Assembly (NCBI GenBank): GCA_963739795.1
Contig: CAVUBL010000011.1
Span: forward strand, 137,215-201,214
Origin: an uncultured Acidobacteriota bacterium
Lineage (GTDB): Bacteria; Acidobacteriota; Thermoanaerobaculia; Multivoradales; DATKCC01
Length of the DNA: 64,000 bases
Direction of reading: 5' to 3'
Within the stretch, counting starts at the first letter, position 1, and each line of letters begins with the position of its first letter. The notes under the pieces were generated by a model that did no database searches, was not told the origin of the DNA, and saw only the letters and a program-made list of their open reading frames with translations. Below, piece after piece: positions 56,197 to 64,000 of this stretch. The translations under genes were made by a program, and so were the position numbers.

Positions 56197-56925
56197 GTGA
56201 TCCAGTTCTTCCACGTCGGAAAGCTCTATCCAGGAGGTCAGCTCGCCCTCGAGGACGTGACCTTCTCCCTGCTCCGTGGCCAGTTCGCGTTCCTGACCGG
56301 AGCGAGCGGCGCAGGCAAGACGACCCTGCTGCGCTTGATCTACCGGGGAGAGGTCCCTTCGGCCGGCCGCATCCTGGTCAACGGCCGCAACGTGGCCTCC
56401 CTGCCACGCCACAAGATCCCTTACCTGCGGCGCACCATCGGCGTGGTCTTCCAGAACTTCCGGCTGATCGATCGCAAGACCGTCTTCGAGAACGTCTCCT
56501 ACCTGCCGCGCATCCTGGGTGACGACCGCGAGAGCCAGAAGCGGGCCGCGCTCTGGGCGCTCACGCGGGTGGGCCTGGCCCACCGCCTGAACGCCTTCCC
56601 CGGCGAGCTCTCCGGCGGCGAGCAACAACGCGTGGCGATCGCCCGAGCCGTGATCGCCCGACCGGACATCCTGATCGCCGACGAGCCCACAGGCAACCTG
56701 GACCCGGATCTTTCCTGGGAGATCGTGCGCCTGTTCCTGGAGATCAACGCCCGTGGCACGACGGTGCTCCTGGCCACCCACGACCGCGCCACCATCGAGC
56801 GGGTCGGAGGTCGGGTGCTGGGTCTGGAGAGCGGACGGCTGGTGCGCGACGAGGGGGTCTCTGGGAGCGGACCGCCGGAGCTCCGGCCCATCGAAGAGGA
56901 GGCCGCGGTGGAGGTGGAGGCGTGA
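56197..56925 (+). CDS. ftsE: cell division ATP-binding protein FtsE
   Basis: aligns from the first residue to E. coli FtsE (VIQFFHVGKLYPGGQLALEDVTFSL..GASGAGKTTLLRLI); GTG start chosen by homology; Walker A/B and LSGGEQQRVAIARA signature. Confidence 0.85.
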   Translation: MIQFFHVGKLYPGGQLALEDVTFSLLRGQFAFLTGASGAGKTTLLRLIYRGEVPSAGRILVNGRNVASLPRHKIPYLRRTIGVVFQNFRLIDRKTVFENVSYLPRILGDDRESQKRAALWALTRVGLAHRLNAFPGELSGGEQQRVAIARAVIARPDILIADEPTGNLDPDLSWEIVRLFLEINARGTTVLLATHDRATIERVGGRVLGLESGRLVRDEGVSGSGPPELRPIEEEAAVEVEA

Positions 56926-57836
56926 CCCTCGCAAAGGCGCTCGCGTATTTCGTGCGGGAGGCCGGCGTGAGCCTCGCCAGGAGCTGGAAGGTGAGCTTGA
57001 TCGCGGTGGCGACCATCACGGTGAGCCTGCTCGTGGGCGGGATCTTCCTGGTGGTGGCCGGCAACCTCGCCCGCGTCGTGGAGCAGGCCCGCGACGAGAG
57101 CCGGGTGGTGGTGTACTTCGAGGAGGGGACCCCGGGCCCGGCGATCGAGAGTGTCGCCCGCACGGCGAAGGCCTCGCCCTGGGTGCGCTCGGCCACCCTG
57201 GTGAGCGCCGAGGAGGCCCGGAAGCGATTCGTCGGCATCTTCCCCAGCCTCGCCGACCTGGTGGCGGGGGAGGGGAGCCACCTGCCGGCGTCTCTGGAGA
57301 TCGACGCCGACCGCGATTCCGCCGGAGCAGGGCTTTACTCCGCCTGGCTCGACTCCCTGCGGGGTTCTCCCGGCGTGTCCATGGTCGACGACGACCGCGA
57401 CTGGGTTCGCCAGCTCGCTGCGATGGTGGCGGTGGTCCGAGGCCTCGGTCTGGCCCTCGGAGGGGTTCTCCTCGGGGCGGCGGTGTTCACCATCGGCAGC
57501 GTGATCCGCCTGACCGCCTACCTCTACCAGGAGGAGATCTCCATCATGCGGCTGGTCGGGGCGACCGAGTTCTACATCCGCGGTCCGTTCTACCTCGAAG
57601 GCACCCTTCAGGGTCTGCTGGGCGGAGGGCTCGCCGCGGCGGCCCTCGCAGGAGTGTTCTGGTTGGCCGCGCGGCGTCTCGGAGGGTCGCTCCTGGGCGG
57701 CGTGCTGGTCGCCCATCCTCCAGGGCCCGTGGAGCTCCTCGCTCTCGTCGCCCTGGGCACCGCCGCCGGCCTCTTCGGCGCGGTCTTCTCCCTCCGGAGA
57801 GAAAGCCTCGGCGAGCCCCCCGTCGACGAGGTGTGA
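56922..57836 (+). CDS. ftsX: cell division permease FtsX
   Basis: ATGA overlap with ftsE; 4-TM FtsX topology with periplasmic domain between TM1 and TM2. Confidence 0.8.
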   Translation: MTLAKALAYFVREAGVSLARSWKVSLIAVATITVSLLVGGIFLVVAGNLARVVEQARDESRVVVYFEEGTPGPAIESVARTAKASPWVRSATLVSAEEARKRFVGIFPSLADLVAGEGSHLPASLEIDADRDSAGAGLYSAWLDSLRGSPGVSMVDDDRDWVRQLAAMVAVVRGLGLALGGVLLGAAVFTIGSVIRLTAYLYQEEISIMRLVGATEFYIRGPFYLEGTLQGLLGGGLAAAALAGVFWLAARRLGGSLLGGVLVAHPPGPVELLALVALGTAAGLFGAVFSLRRESLGEPPVDEV

Positions 57837-57846
57837 CCCACAAGAC

Positions 57847-57882
57847 GAGACCCCCGCCTGGCGCGCGCCAGGCGGGGGTCTC
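57847..57882. terminator. bidirectional palindromic terminator between convergent ftsX and ompA-like genes
   Basis: GAGACCCCCGCCTGGCGC|GCGCCAGGCGGGGGTCTC, an 18-bp perfect palindrome 11 nt after the ftsX stop and 30 nt after the ompA-like stop. Confidence 0.5.
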
Positions 57883-57911
57883 GAGGTCTACTTACTGCCG
57901 CGCGAACCGCG

Positions 57912-59234
57912 CTACTCGAAGGTGATGATCACCACCGCGCGGCGGTTCTGCGCCCGGCCTGCTGCCGTGTCGTTGGACGCTACAGGCTCAGCCGAGCCAC
58001 GGCCTTCCGTCTGGATGCGGCTGGCGTCGATGCCGTGGCGCTGGACCAGGTAGGTCTTGACCGCCTCGGCACGCCGTTCGCTCATCTTCTGGTTGGCCGC
58101 GTCGGATCCGCGACTGTCCGTGTAGCCGATCACCAGGGCCTGGGCGCTGGGATCCTGCTTCATCCGCAAGGCCACGTCGTCGAGCTTCGCCTTGGCGATG
58201 TTCGACAGGCGGGCACTGCCGCCGCCGAACTGCACCGTGACCCGCTCCTCCGGCTTCGGCTTGGGGGCCGGCGGCGGGGGCGGCGGCGGAGCCGGCTTCG
58301 GCTCGGGGGCCGGCGGTGGCGGCGGTGGTGGCTCGGGGGCCGGAGCCGGCGGCGGCGGTGGCGGCGGCGGAGTCCAACGCGGGAAGTAGGTTACGCCGAG
58401 CACGCCGCCCAGCGGGCAGTGGACATCGGTCTGGTCGAGCTGCAACAGGTCGGTCCGCAGGCCAAAGTTGAAGGCCCAGTTCGCCTTCTCTCCGAACCAC
58501 AGGCGGCCGCCGGTGGTCAGATCGACGTTCTCTTTGTAGATCTGCTTGTCGGCGGAGGCGGTGGGGAAGGTGCCCGCGAGCTCGGTAATCCAGTCCAGCC
58601 GGCTGGTGATGGGGACGATGTTACCGATGCCCGCGGAAACCTCCTCGGAGACCGAGTACTTCTGGTTGCCGAACGTGAGGTCGCCCGGCACCCGAAACCC
58701 GGCGTCGAACACCCAGTGACGGTTGGCCCACGAAAGGCCGCCGCCGAAGCCGGTGTCCCCAGCGAGGACCTTGTCGTCGCCCGTGGGAGCCTCGACGTAG
58801 GCGTTCAGAGCGAAGCCGCCCTGGCCGCGCTCACCGGTCAGCCACCACTTGCCGCCGACGTGGACGTTGCCCAGGCCGTCCTCGGCCTTGCCCCCGAGCT
58901 GTCCGAACATTTCGTTGTTCGGGAAATCCCCGTCCAGGCGCAGGTAGGGCACCTGGACGGCGAGCTCGAAGCGGTCGGTGATCCCCCACCCCAGGCTGGC
59001 GCTGAGCTGGTGGATGTCCATGCCGGCGTCGGTGTCGAACTTGAAGACCCGGTCCCAGTTGTTGTAGTAGAGACTGAAGGACCAGTCCCCTTGAGGCAGG
59101 GTCTCCGGGGAGAGGAGCGTGAAGAGGCCCGTCTCGCCGGTGGCGGTCGGGGCGGAGCCGGGCTGCGCCATCGCCGCTGGAGCGGCGAGCAAGACAACGA
59201 GAAGCCAGAGCCCGCTGCTACGTTTCCAAGTCAT
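57912..59234 (-). CDS. OmpA-family outer membrane protein with Pro-rich linker
   Basis: signal peptide MTWKRSSGLWLLVVLLAAPAAMA; N-terminal beta-barrel region; ~40-aa PPPPPPAPAPEPPPPPPP linker; C-terminal OmpA domain (VIGYTDSRGSDAANQKMSERRAEAVKTYLV...NRRAVVIIT). Confidence 0.8.
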   Translation of the reverse strand: MTWKRSSGLWLLVVLLAAPAAMAQPGSAPTATGETGLFTLLSPETLPQGDWSFSLYYNNWDRVFKFDTDAGMDIHQLSASLGWGITDRFELAVQVPYLRLDGDFPNNEMFGQLGGKAEDGLGNVHVGGKWWLTGERGQGGFALNAYVEAPTGDDKVLAGDTGFGGGLSWANRHWVFDAGFRVPGDLTFGNQKYSVSEEVSAGIGNIVPITSRLDWITELAGTFPTASADKQIYKENVDLTTGGRLWFGEKANWAFNFGLRTDLLQLDQTDVHCPLGGVLGVTYFPRWTPPPPPPPPAPAPEPPPPPPPAPEPKPAPPPPPPPAPKPKPEERVTVQFGGGSARLSNIAKAKLDDVALRMKQDPSAQALVIGYTDSRGSDAANQKMSERRAEAVKTYLVQRHGIDASRIQTEGRGSAEPVASNDTAAGRAQNRRAVVIITFE

Positions 59235-59371
59235 GGATTTCCCTCCGAAGTTGGGGACAGATGCGATACGTGTCGAAGCTTTCGACGGGAGCTGAGCCGT
59301 CCCGGAAACTGGGAGCAAGGATCGTGCCCGTGGAAAGAACCGGGAGGAATTCTAACACAGGCCCACTCAGG

Positions 59372-60622
59372 TCAGTGATAGGACTTCAAGGCGAAGCGGA
59401 CGTTGGGGCCACCCTCGACGTTGAACGACTGGGCGAGCAGGCCGCTGAAGAAGAACCGGTAGTTCTTGAGCCGGAAGGACGACTCGAACCCGAACCCGAC
59501 GTCCTTGACGTAGTCGCCGAGCTGCCCGACCACCTGGCGGTCGAAGCCGACGGTGCCGGCCCCCGTGTAGAAGACCCAGTACCAGTTGCGCCAGTCGAGC
59601 TTGAGCGCAGGGCGGCTCTCGCCGACGAACCAGGGGAAGAGCACCTCCCACGTGCCGTGGATCTCGTCGGTGCCGCTGAGGCTGTGGTCCAGCCCCTTGA
59701 GGTTGTCCCGGCCGTCGAGGCGGAAGAACTCCTCCCGCGGGATCGAGTACCGGCCGGTGACCGGCAGGCTCGGGTCCTCTTCGAGGTTGCGGTCGAGGAT
59801 CTTCCGCTCGATGAACGTTCCGGCGTGGACTCGCCCGAACAGGAACGCTCCCCGCGGCAGGTCGAAGCGCTCGATCCCCGAGAGCTCGCCTTTGAGATAG
59901 TCGAAGTCTCCCAGGACCAGGTCGGAGCCCCAGGTCAGCGCGCCCGTCAGGCCCGCGTCGCCGGGTCCGATCTGGCGGAACGCCGTGAACAGGTGCTCGA
60001 CTCGGGCGCGGCTCTCACCCACGATGGCGTTGGAGCGGTCGTCGTTGGGCGTGCCGATCTGGTAGCCGAGACGTAGGAAGGTGTTCGTCTTGCCGTTGTC
60101 GAAGACGAAGCTCTGCTTGTTGGAGCTGATCCGGTCGAGCTCGGTGAGGGCGAACAGGCGCTGGTTGTAGGTCTGAGGCCACTCGGTCAAGAGCAGGATG
60201 CCGCGGGTGCGGTCGAACTGGTTGGAGAAGCGCTCGACGCTCTCGAACTGGATCTGGTCGAAGACGCTGAGCTGGTAGGTGCGGGAGAAGCCGTAGTAGC
60301 GGTAGCGGAGGAAGGCCGAGATGTCGCCGTTGACGAAGTTGTACTTGACCTGTCCCTCGACGAAGACCTTCTTGACCAGCCGGTTGAGTCGGATGTCGAG
60401 CTCGCCCTCGGGCAGGTAGACATCGAGCCGGGGGAAGAGCTGCTCTTGGCCCGCGGTGGGGTTGTCGTCAGAGGACGCCGGAGTCGTGGCCGGCGGCTTG
60501 GCGGCAGCCGAGGACGAAGCGCTCGCCTGGGCCTGGGCGGGGGGCGGAGCGGGCGGGGCGGTGGGCTGTGCCTGGAGCGGAGCCAGGGCGGCCCAGGCGC
60601 ACAGGATCGGAACCGAGAGCAT
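59372..60622 (-). CDS. outer membrane beta-barrel protein (Omp85/surface-antigen-like, putative)
   Basis: signal peptide MLSVPILCAWAALAPLQA then Ala/Pro-rich linker; beta-rich 380-aa domain with alternating aromatic residues; family assignment uncertain. Confidence 0.45.
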   Translation of the reverse strand: MLSVPILCAWAALAPLQAQPTAPPAPPPAQAQASASSSAAAKPPATTPASSDDNPTAGQEQLFPRLDVYLPEGELDIRLNRLVKKVFVEGQVKYNFVNGDISAFLRYRYYGFSRTYQLSVFDQIQFESVERFSNQFDRTRGILLLTEWPQTYNQRLFALTELDRISSNKQSFVFDNGKTNTFLRLGYQIGTPNDDRSNAIVGESRARVEHLFTAFRQIGPGDAGLTGALTWGSDLVLGDFDYLKGELSGIERFDLPRGAFLFGRVHAGTFIERKILDRNLEEDPSLPVTGRYSIPREEFFRLDGRDNLKGLDHSLSGTDEIHGTWEVLFPWFVGESRPALKLDWRNWYWVFYTGAGTVGFDRQVVGQLGDYVKDVGFGFESSFRLKNYRFFFSGLLAQSFNVEGGPNVRFALKSYH

Positions 60623-60657
60623 GACCGCGCCGTATTCTAGCCTGGATCTCCCGTGAG

Positions 60658-60748
60658 TCTCCTGCTGCAACGCTTCAGCGGCCCCCCCCCAACACCGGCG
60701 TTGCGCTCCCTCCGGCCTCCTCACCCCCGGCGTTGCGCTCGGCTCGGC
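60658..60748. repeat. partial copy (E) of the palindromic element (left half only)
   Basis: TCTCCTGCTGCAACGC...CCGGCGTTGCGCTCCCTCCGGCCTCCTCACC shares CTCCTGCTGCAACGC, the GCAACGC/GCGTTGC hairpin, CCGGCGTTG and CGGCCTCCTC with copy A, but lacks the GACGTAS...CGTCG core hairpin. Confidence 0.5.
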
Positions 60749-60759
60749 CCCCAAATGAA

Positions 60760-60784
60760 GAGGGGCCGCGAATCGCGGCCCCTC
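60760..60784 (-). terminator. intrinsic terminator of the TPR protein gene
   Basis: GAGGGGCCGCG-AAT-CGCGGCCCCTC 11-bp stem; on the minus strand it is followed by CTTCATTT, 24 nt downstream of the stop. Confidence 0.6.
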
Positions 60785-60807
60785 GAATCGTCCGGCGGTC
60801 GGGAAGG

Positions 60808-61971
60808 TCAGAAGAGGGGCGGCGGCCCGCCCTGCTTGAGGTCCTTGAGCTGCTTCTCCAGGTCCTGCTGCTCCTTGCGCATCTCATCGATCCGCTGGTT
60901 CTCGGCCGAGATCTTCTGGTTCTCCTGGGCGATCTGCATGTTCTTCTCTACACGGGCGAGGGAGGCCTGGTCACCGGCCTTGGCGTAGGCGGCCTTGGCC
61001 TCATCGTAGTTCTTCAGCTTCTCGTTGACGAAGCCGATCTGCTTGTAGATACGCCGCTCGTTCTGGGCCGGAGGGCTGGTCGCCAGGGCCTTCTTGAGGG
61101 ACGAGCCCGCATTCGCGAACTGGCCGATGGCGGTCTGGGCCTGGCTCGCGTAGTAGAAGGCGAGCCAGTCGCTGGGCTTCTTGGCCGCGGCCTTCTGGAA
61201 GCTGTCGACGGCCCCTGAGTACTGCTTGGCTCCGAGCTGGGCCTCGCCAAGGCTCAGCAGGTTGTCGTAGTTGGCGCTCTGACCGACCAGGGCCTTGGCC
61301 TGCGCGACGGCGGTGGTGTAGCTCGAGCTCTTCTGGGAGGGGTTCTCCCGCGCGTCGCGGATCAGCGCCTGGATATATGCGGCTCGGTTGTCGGCGGAGG
61401 GCGAGAGCTTCACCGCCTGACCGAGGGCACGGACGGCCTCGGAGATCTGCCCGGCGTTGAAGGCGGCGACGCCGTACTGGTACTGGATGGCGGCGTCGTT
61501 CGGCTTGCTCCGGGCGGCGTCGCGCAGCGCCCCGAGGGCGTCGCTCGCGCGGCCGCTCTTCTCGAGGGCCAGGGCGCGCATCTGGTTGAAGCTCCCGCGC
61601 TGTCCGGCGCTGAGCGAGGAAGCGTCGACCTTGTCGAGGAGGCGCGCCGCGTCGGTGTACATCCGAGTCTGGAGGAAACCGTTCGCCAGGGCGAGCTGAT
61701 ACTCGACCTTGTTCGGGTCGAGGTCGTAGGCCTTGCGGAACGAGTCCAGGGCCTGCTCCTTCCGGTTCAGCTTCGCGAGGGCCTGGCCGAGCATGAAGTG
61801 GCCGCCGGCCCAGTCGGGCCGCTGCCCGACGACACCCTGGAACTCCTTTGCGGCCACGCTGTAGTTGCCGGCCTTGAACGCATTCACGCCCTCGTTCCAG
61901 CCGGCCTGGGCGGGCACGGCGACTGCAAAGACGAGAGCGGCGGCGGTCAGTGCCTTCGTGAGGTTGTTCAT
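60808..61971 (-). CDS. secreted TPR-repeat protein with C-terminal coiled coil
   Basis: signal peptide MNNLTKALTAAALVFAVAVPAQA; multiple TPR-like repeats; C-terminal heptad region QENQKISAENQRIDEMRKEQQDLEKQLKDLKQ. Confidence 0.7.
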   Translation of the reverse strand: MNNLTKALTAAALVFAVAVPAQAGWNEGVNAFKAGNYSVAAKEFQGVVGQRPDWAGGHFMLGQALAKLNRKEQALDSFRKAYDLDPNKVEYQLALANGFLQTRMYTDAARLLDKVDASSLSAGQRGSFNQMRALALEKSGRASDALGALRDAARSKPNDAAIQYQYGVAAFNAGQISEAVRALGQAVKLSPSADNRAAYIQALIRDARENPSQKSSSYTTAVAQAKALVGQSANYDNLLSLGEAQLGAKQYSGAVDSFQKAAAKKPSDWLAFYYASQAQTAIGQFANAGSSLKKALATSPPAQNERRIYKQIGFVNEKLKNYDEAKAAYAKAGDQASLARVEKNMQIAQENQKISAENQRIDEMRKEQQDLEKQLKDLKQGGPPPLF

Positions 61972-62104
61972 GACGTTGTCCCTTTCTAGCTCCACGGTCC
62001 CGTTGCGACGTGACACCTTCCGGGACGGGACCGATGGCGTCGTTCCCTCAAGCAAGCCCCATGCCTGGAAAATTCCGGCGAAGTCGCGAGATCGAGCGTG
62101 GTGG

Positions 62105-62926
62105 TCAGCGGCTCTGCAAGAGCGATCCTACCCGCTCCAGAAAGGCCTTGGACTGGTTCGGCCCGAGGGCCCCCGAGACGATCTTCTCCTCCGACCGGAT
62201 CAAGTCGAGGACGGCGTCGACCTCTCGGCCGTGCTCCAGCTCGGTCCGGCTCATCCGGTAGACGGCCTCCAGGTCGGCGAGGCGGTCGTGGTTGCCCAGC
62301 AGCTCGGTGGCCTGCCGGTGGATCGCCCCGGCCATCGCCTCGAGCTCCGGCGGCGCCATCGTCTTGAGGCGCTCCGTCTCGACGGCGCCGAGGCCCTCCC
62401 GCAGGTTGACGAGGCCCGAGGTGATCAGGCCGTAGAGCAGCTTGCAGGCCTCGAACGGGCTCATGCCGAGGCCTGCAGCGATCTCCTCGATCGAGCGCCG
62501 CTCGTCGACCTTGCAGATGAGCTGCCACTCGCCGGGAGTGAAGGAGACCGAGGTGGTGGCGACCTGGGTGGTGAAGACCGGCACCAGGCGGGTCGAGGGG
62601 ATCCGCTTCGACAGCACCTGCCATTCGTCGATCCGCCGGGCGGCCTCCATCAGGAGGTTGGTGTTCGACTTCTGGATGGTGGTTGTCTGGATCTCTCGGC
62701 CCGGGGTGAAGACGAAGTCCCCCTCGGTCCAGATGGCGAGCTCGTACACCGCCTCCTCACCCGAGAGGTCGCCGGACTCGGCGTGGACGATCTGCCCGTT
62801 GCGCAGGAAGATCTCCCCGCTCGCGGCACCGCTCCGCAAGGTAAAGGCGCCGGTCTTCCCGGACACCGAAACAAGCTGGATGATGTCCGGGAGGGGGAGC
62901 TCCTTCAGCGATCCCTGGAACGCCAT
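62105..62926 (-). CDS. DUF4388 domain protein
   Basis: N-terminal LKELPLPDIIQLVSVSGKTGAFTLRSGAASGEIFLRNGQIVHAE is the canonical DUF4388 signature. Confidence 0.65.
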   Translation of the reverse strand: MAFQGSLKELPLPDIIQLVSVSGKTGAFTLRSGAASGEIFLRNGQIVHAESGDLSGEEAVYELAIWTEGDFVFTPGREIQTTTIQKSNTNLLMEAARRIDEWQVLSKRIPSTRLVPVFTTQVATTSVSFTPGEWQLICKVDERRSIEEIAAGLGMSPFEACKLLYGLITSGLVNLREGLGAVETERLKTMAPPELEAMAGAIHRQATELLGNHDRLADLEAVYRMSRTELEHGREVDAVLDLIRSEEKIVSGALGPNQSKAFLERVGSLLQSR

Positions 62927-62933
62927 CGATCCC

Positions 62934-63674
62934 CTACTGCAATCGGAAGTTCACCGTCAGGTTGTAGTACACGGCGACCGGCTTGCCGTTCAGGGTCGCC
63001 GGCTTGAACCTCCACTGCTTGATCGCATCGACCGCCGCCTCTCCGAGGCCCATGGGCAGGCCCTTCAAGATCTTGACGTTGGTCACGTTGCCCTGCTTGT
63101 CGATGATGGCCTGGACGATGACCACGCCCTGGACCCGCGCCTTGCGGGCGATCTCCGTGTATTGGGGCTGAGGTGCGTTGGTCTTCACCGGGGCGAGCAC
63201 GTCGCCGCCGACCTGGATCGGCCCCTCGGGCTCGGGCGACGGCGGCGGACCCTCCGGGATGTCGAACACCACGTCGGCCTGCGGCAGGTCGACCTGGGGC
63301 TGGATCTCGTCCGGAAGCCGAATCGGCTCGGGCTCGTCCGGCGTCGGGTCGGGGATCGGCACCTTCATCGCCTTCGGCTTCGGGATCTCCTGCTGCTGTT
63401 TGGGCGGCGGCGGCTTGAACCGCACCTGCTGGACGACGTAGATCTTCGGCTTTTCTGCCGGCTTGACCGGCGCGGTGGTGAACGCCGGGAAGGTGATGAG
63501 GAGGAGCACCGCGTGGACCACGATCGCGGCGGCGACCGCGATGCGCATGACCTTGCGGTCCTCCTCGTACTCCAGGGCGAAGGTCGTCGTCAGGTCGGAG
63601 GCGTCGTAGGCCTGTTGCCCCGGGGCCCCCTTCGCCTGGCTCGGCGGGCGGCCGGCCTTCTTATCGTCAGCCAT
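62934..63674 (-). CDS. tonB: energy transducer TonB
   Basis: N-terminal TM anchor, Pro/Lys/Glu-rich spacer (KPPPPKQQQEIPKPK...PDPTPDEPEP), C-terminal TonB domain (YTEIARKARVQGVVIVQAIIDKQGNVTNVKILKGLPMGLGEAAVDAIKQWRFKPA). Confidence 0.8.
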   Translation of the reverse strand: MADDKKAGRPPSQAKGAPGQQAYDASDLTTTFALEYEEDRKVMRIAVAAAIVVHAVLLLITFPAFTTAPVKPAEKPKIYVVQQVRFKPPPPKQQQEIPKPKAMKVPIPDPTPDEPEPIRLPDEIQPQVDLPQADVVFDIPEGPPPSPEPEGPIQVGGDVLAPVKTNAPQPQYTEIARKARVQGVVIVQAIIDKQGNVTNVKILKGLPMGLGEAAVDAIKQWRFKPATLNGKPVAVYYNLTVNFRLQ

Positions 63675-63686
63675 GACTTCTCCTCG

Positions 63687-64000
63687 TCAGTACCAGAATG
63701 CCTCGATCTCGCGCTGCGTGGGGATCGAGATGTTCTTGATCTGGATGCCGATCTTGTCCTTCGCCTGCCGCAGCTCGTCGAAGACGGCCACCATTTTGCC
63801 GTACGGAGCGTCCGCATCGGGCCGGATGATCACCGGCTTGAGCGGGTTGCGCTCGAGCTTGGGCTTCAGGTAGTCGAGCACCTGGTCGAGCTGCATCGAC
63901 CGGTTGTCGACGATGAGCTGGCCCGAGGCCTGGATCTCGATCAGCACCGACTCTTCCTTCTCGACCGTCGGAGGGTTGTTGTCCTCCTTGGGGAGCTGGA
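63687..64000 (-). CDS. exbD: biopolymer transport protein ExbD/TolR (3' part; gene continues past the window end)
   Basis: C-terminal ExbD periplasmic domain (…VIIRPDADAPYGKMVAVFDELRQAKDKIGIQIK…); N-terminus lies beyond position 64000. Confidence 0.7.
   Translation of the reverse strand, partial: QLPKEDNNPPTVEKEESVLIEIQASGQLIVDNRSMQLDQVLDYLKPKLERNPLKPVIIRPDADAPYGKMVAVFDELRQAKDKIGIQIKNISIPTQREIEAFWY

Noticed and set aside
1-64000. Mobile genetic element, prophage or defence island content
   Set aside because: No integrase, transposase, reverse transcriptase, phage structural gene, restriction-modification pair or known defence-system gene was recognised. The Uma2-family endonuclease is a widespread stand-alone housekeeping-type protein.

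Overview
This is a very GC-rich (roughly 70%) bacterial chromosomal segment. Three tandem ADOP-type (acidobacterial duplicated orphan permease, MacB/FtsX-like) genes, two DUF4388 genes and the overall composition suggest an Acidobacteria-like organism. No rRNA, tRNA, CRISPR array, transposase, integrase or phage gene was found, so this reads as core chromosome rather than an island.

Gene content, in order:
- 6-11161, minus strand: a maltodextrin/starch utilisation locus. It holds a secreted GH13 alpha-amylase, malK, malE, a malF with a long N-terminal extension, malG, a 766-aa outer-membrane beta-barrel, and two paralogous secreted glucodextranase-C-like domain proteins.
- 11396-17138: an SDR oxidoreductase, a secreted thioredoxin-like protein, a hotdog (DUF4442) protein, a secreted DUF4214 protein, a DUF4388 protein, and an ECF sigma / anti-sigma / YbjQ operon.
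- 17445-26008: NADP-malic enzyme (maeB), a SAM methyltransferase, a membrane metal-dependent hydrolase, a B12-binding radical SAM enzyme, a cyclase, DUF1304, a beta-carbonic anhydrase and a Uma2 endonuclease.
- 26386-35152: three tandem ADOP permeases with an FAD-dependent oxidoreductase between the first two.
- 35234-44474: a rhomboid protease, an ABC-2 exporter pair, pfkA, a frameshifted CPBP (CAAX-type) protease and a fused CcsBA cytochrome c biogenesis protein.
- 45135-57836: nfo, a translationally coupled PASTA-rpe-bamD-cpoB operon, a LysM protein, a Fis-like regulator, a lytic transglycosylase, tatA, an AmgK-like kinase, rlmN, pgeF and ftsEX.
- 57912-64000: an OmpA-family protein, an outer-membrane beta-barrel, a TPR/coiled-coil protein, a second DUF4388 protein, tonB and a partial exbD.

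The most interesting signal is non-coding. There are at least six copies (A-F) of a previously unrecognised intergenic palindromic element, about 90-185 bp long. It has a conserved core, GGCGTTG...CCTCCTCGACGTAS-N6-STACGCCTGCGTCGG. The inner 5-bp stem of the core carries compensatory base changes between copies. Each copy is also bracketed by long, near-perfect inverted repeats that differ in sequence from copy to copy.

Other notable points:
- a pair of tandem ~200-bp repeats sits between ccsBA and nfo;
- small tandem repeats occur at the rlmN start and inside the CPBP gene;
- three hairpin terminators, one palindromic and bidirectional, are recognisable;
- an RBS-sequestering hairpin precedes ccsBA.

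Feature coordinates taken from the ORF track are exact. Coordinates of non-ORF features were counted by hand and may be off by 1-2 nt.
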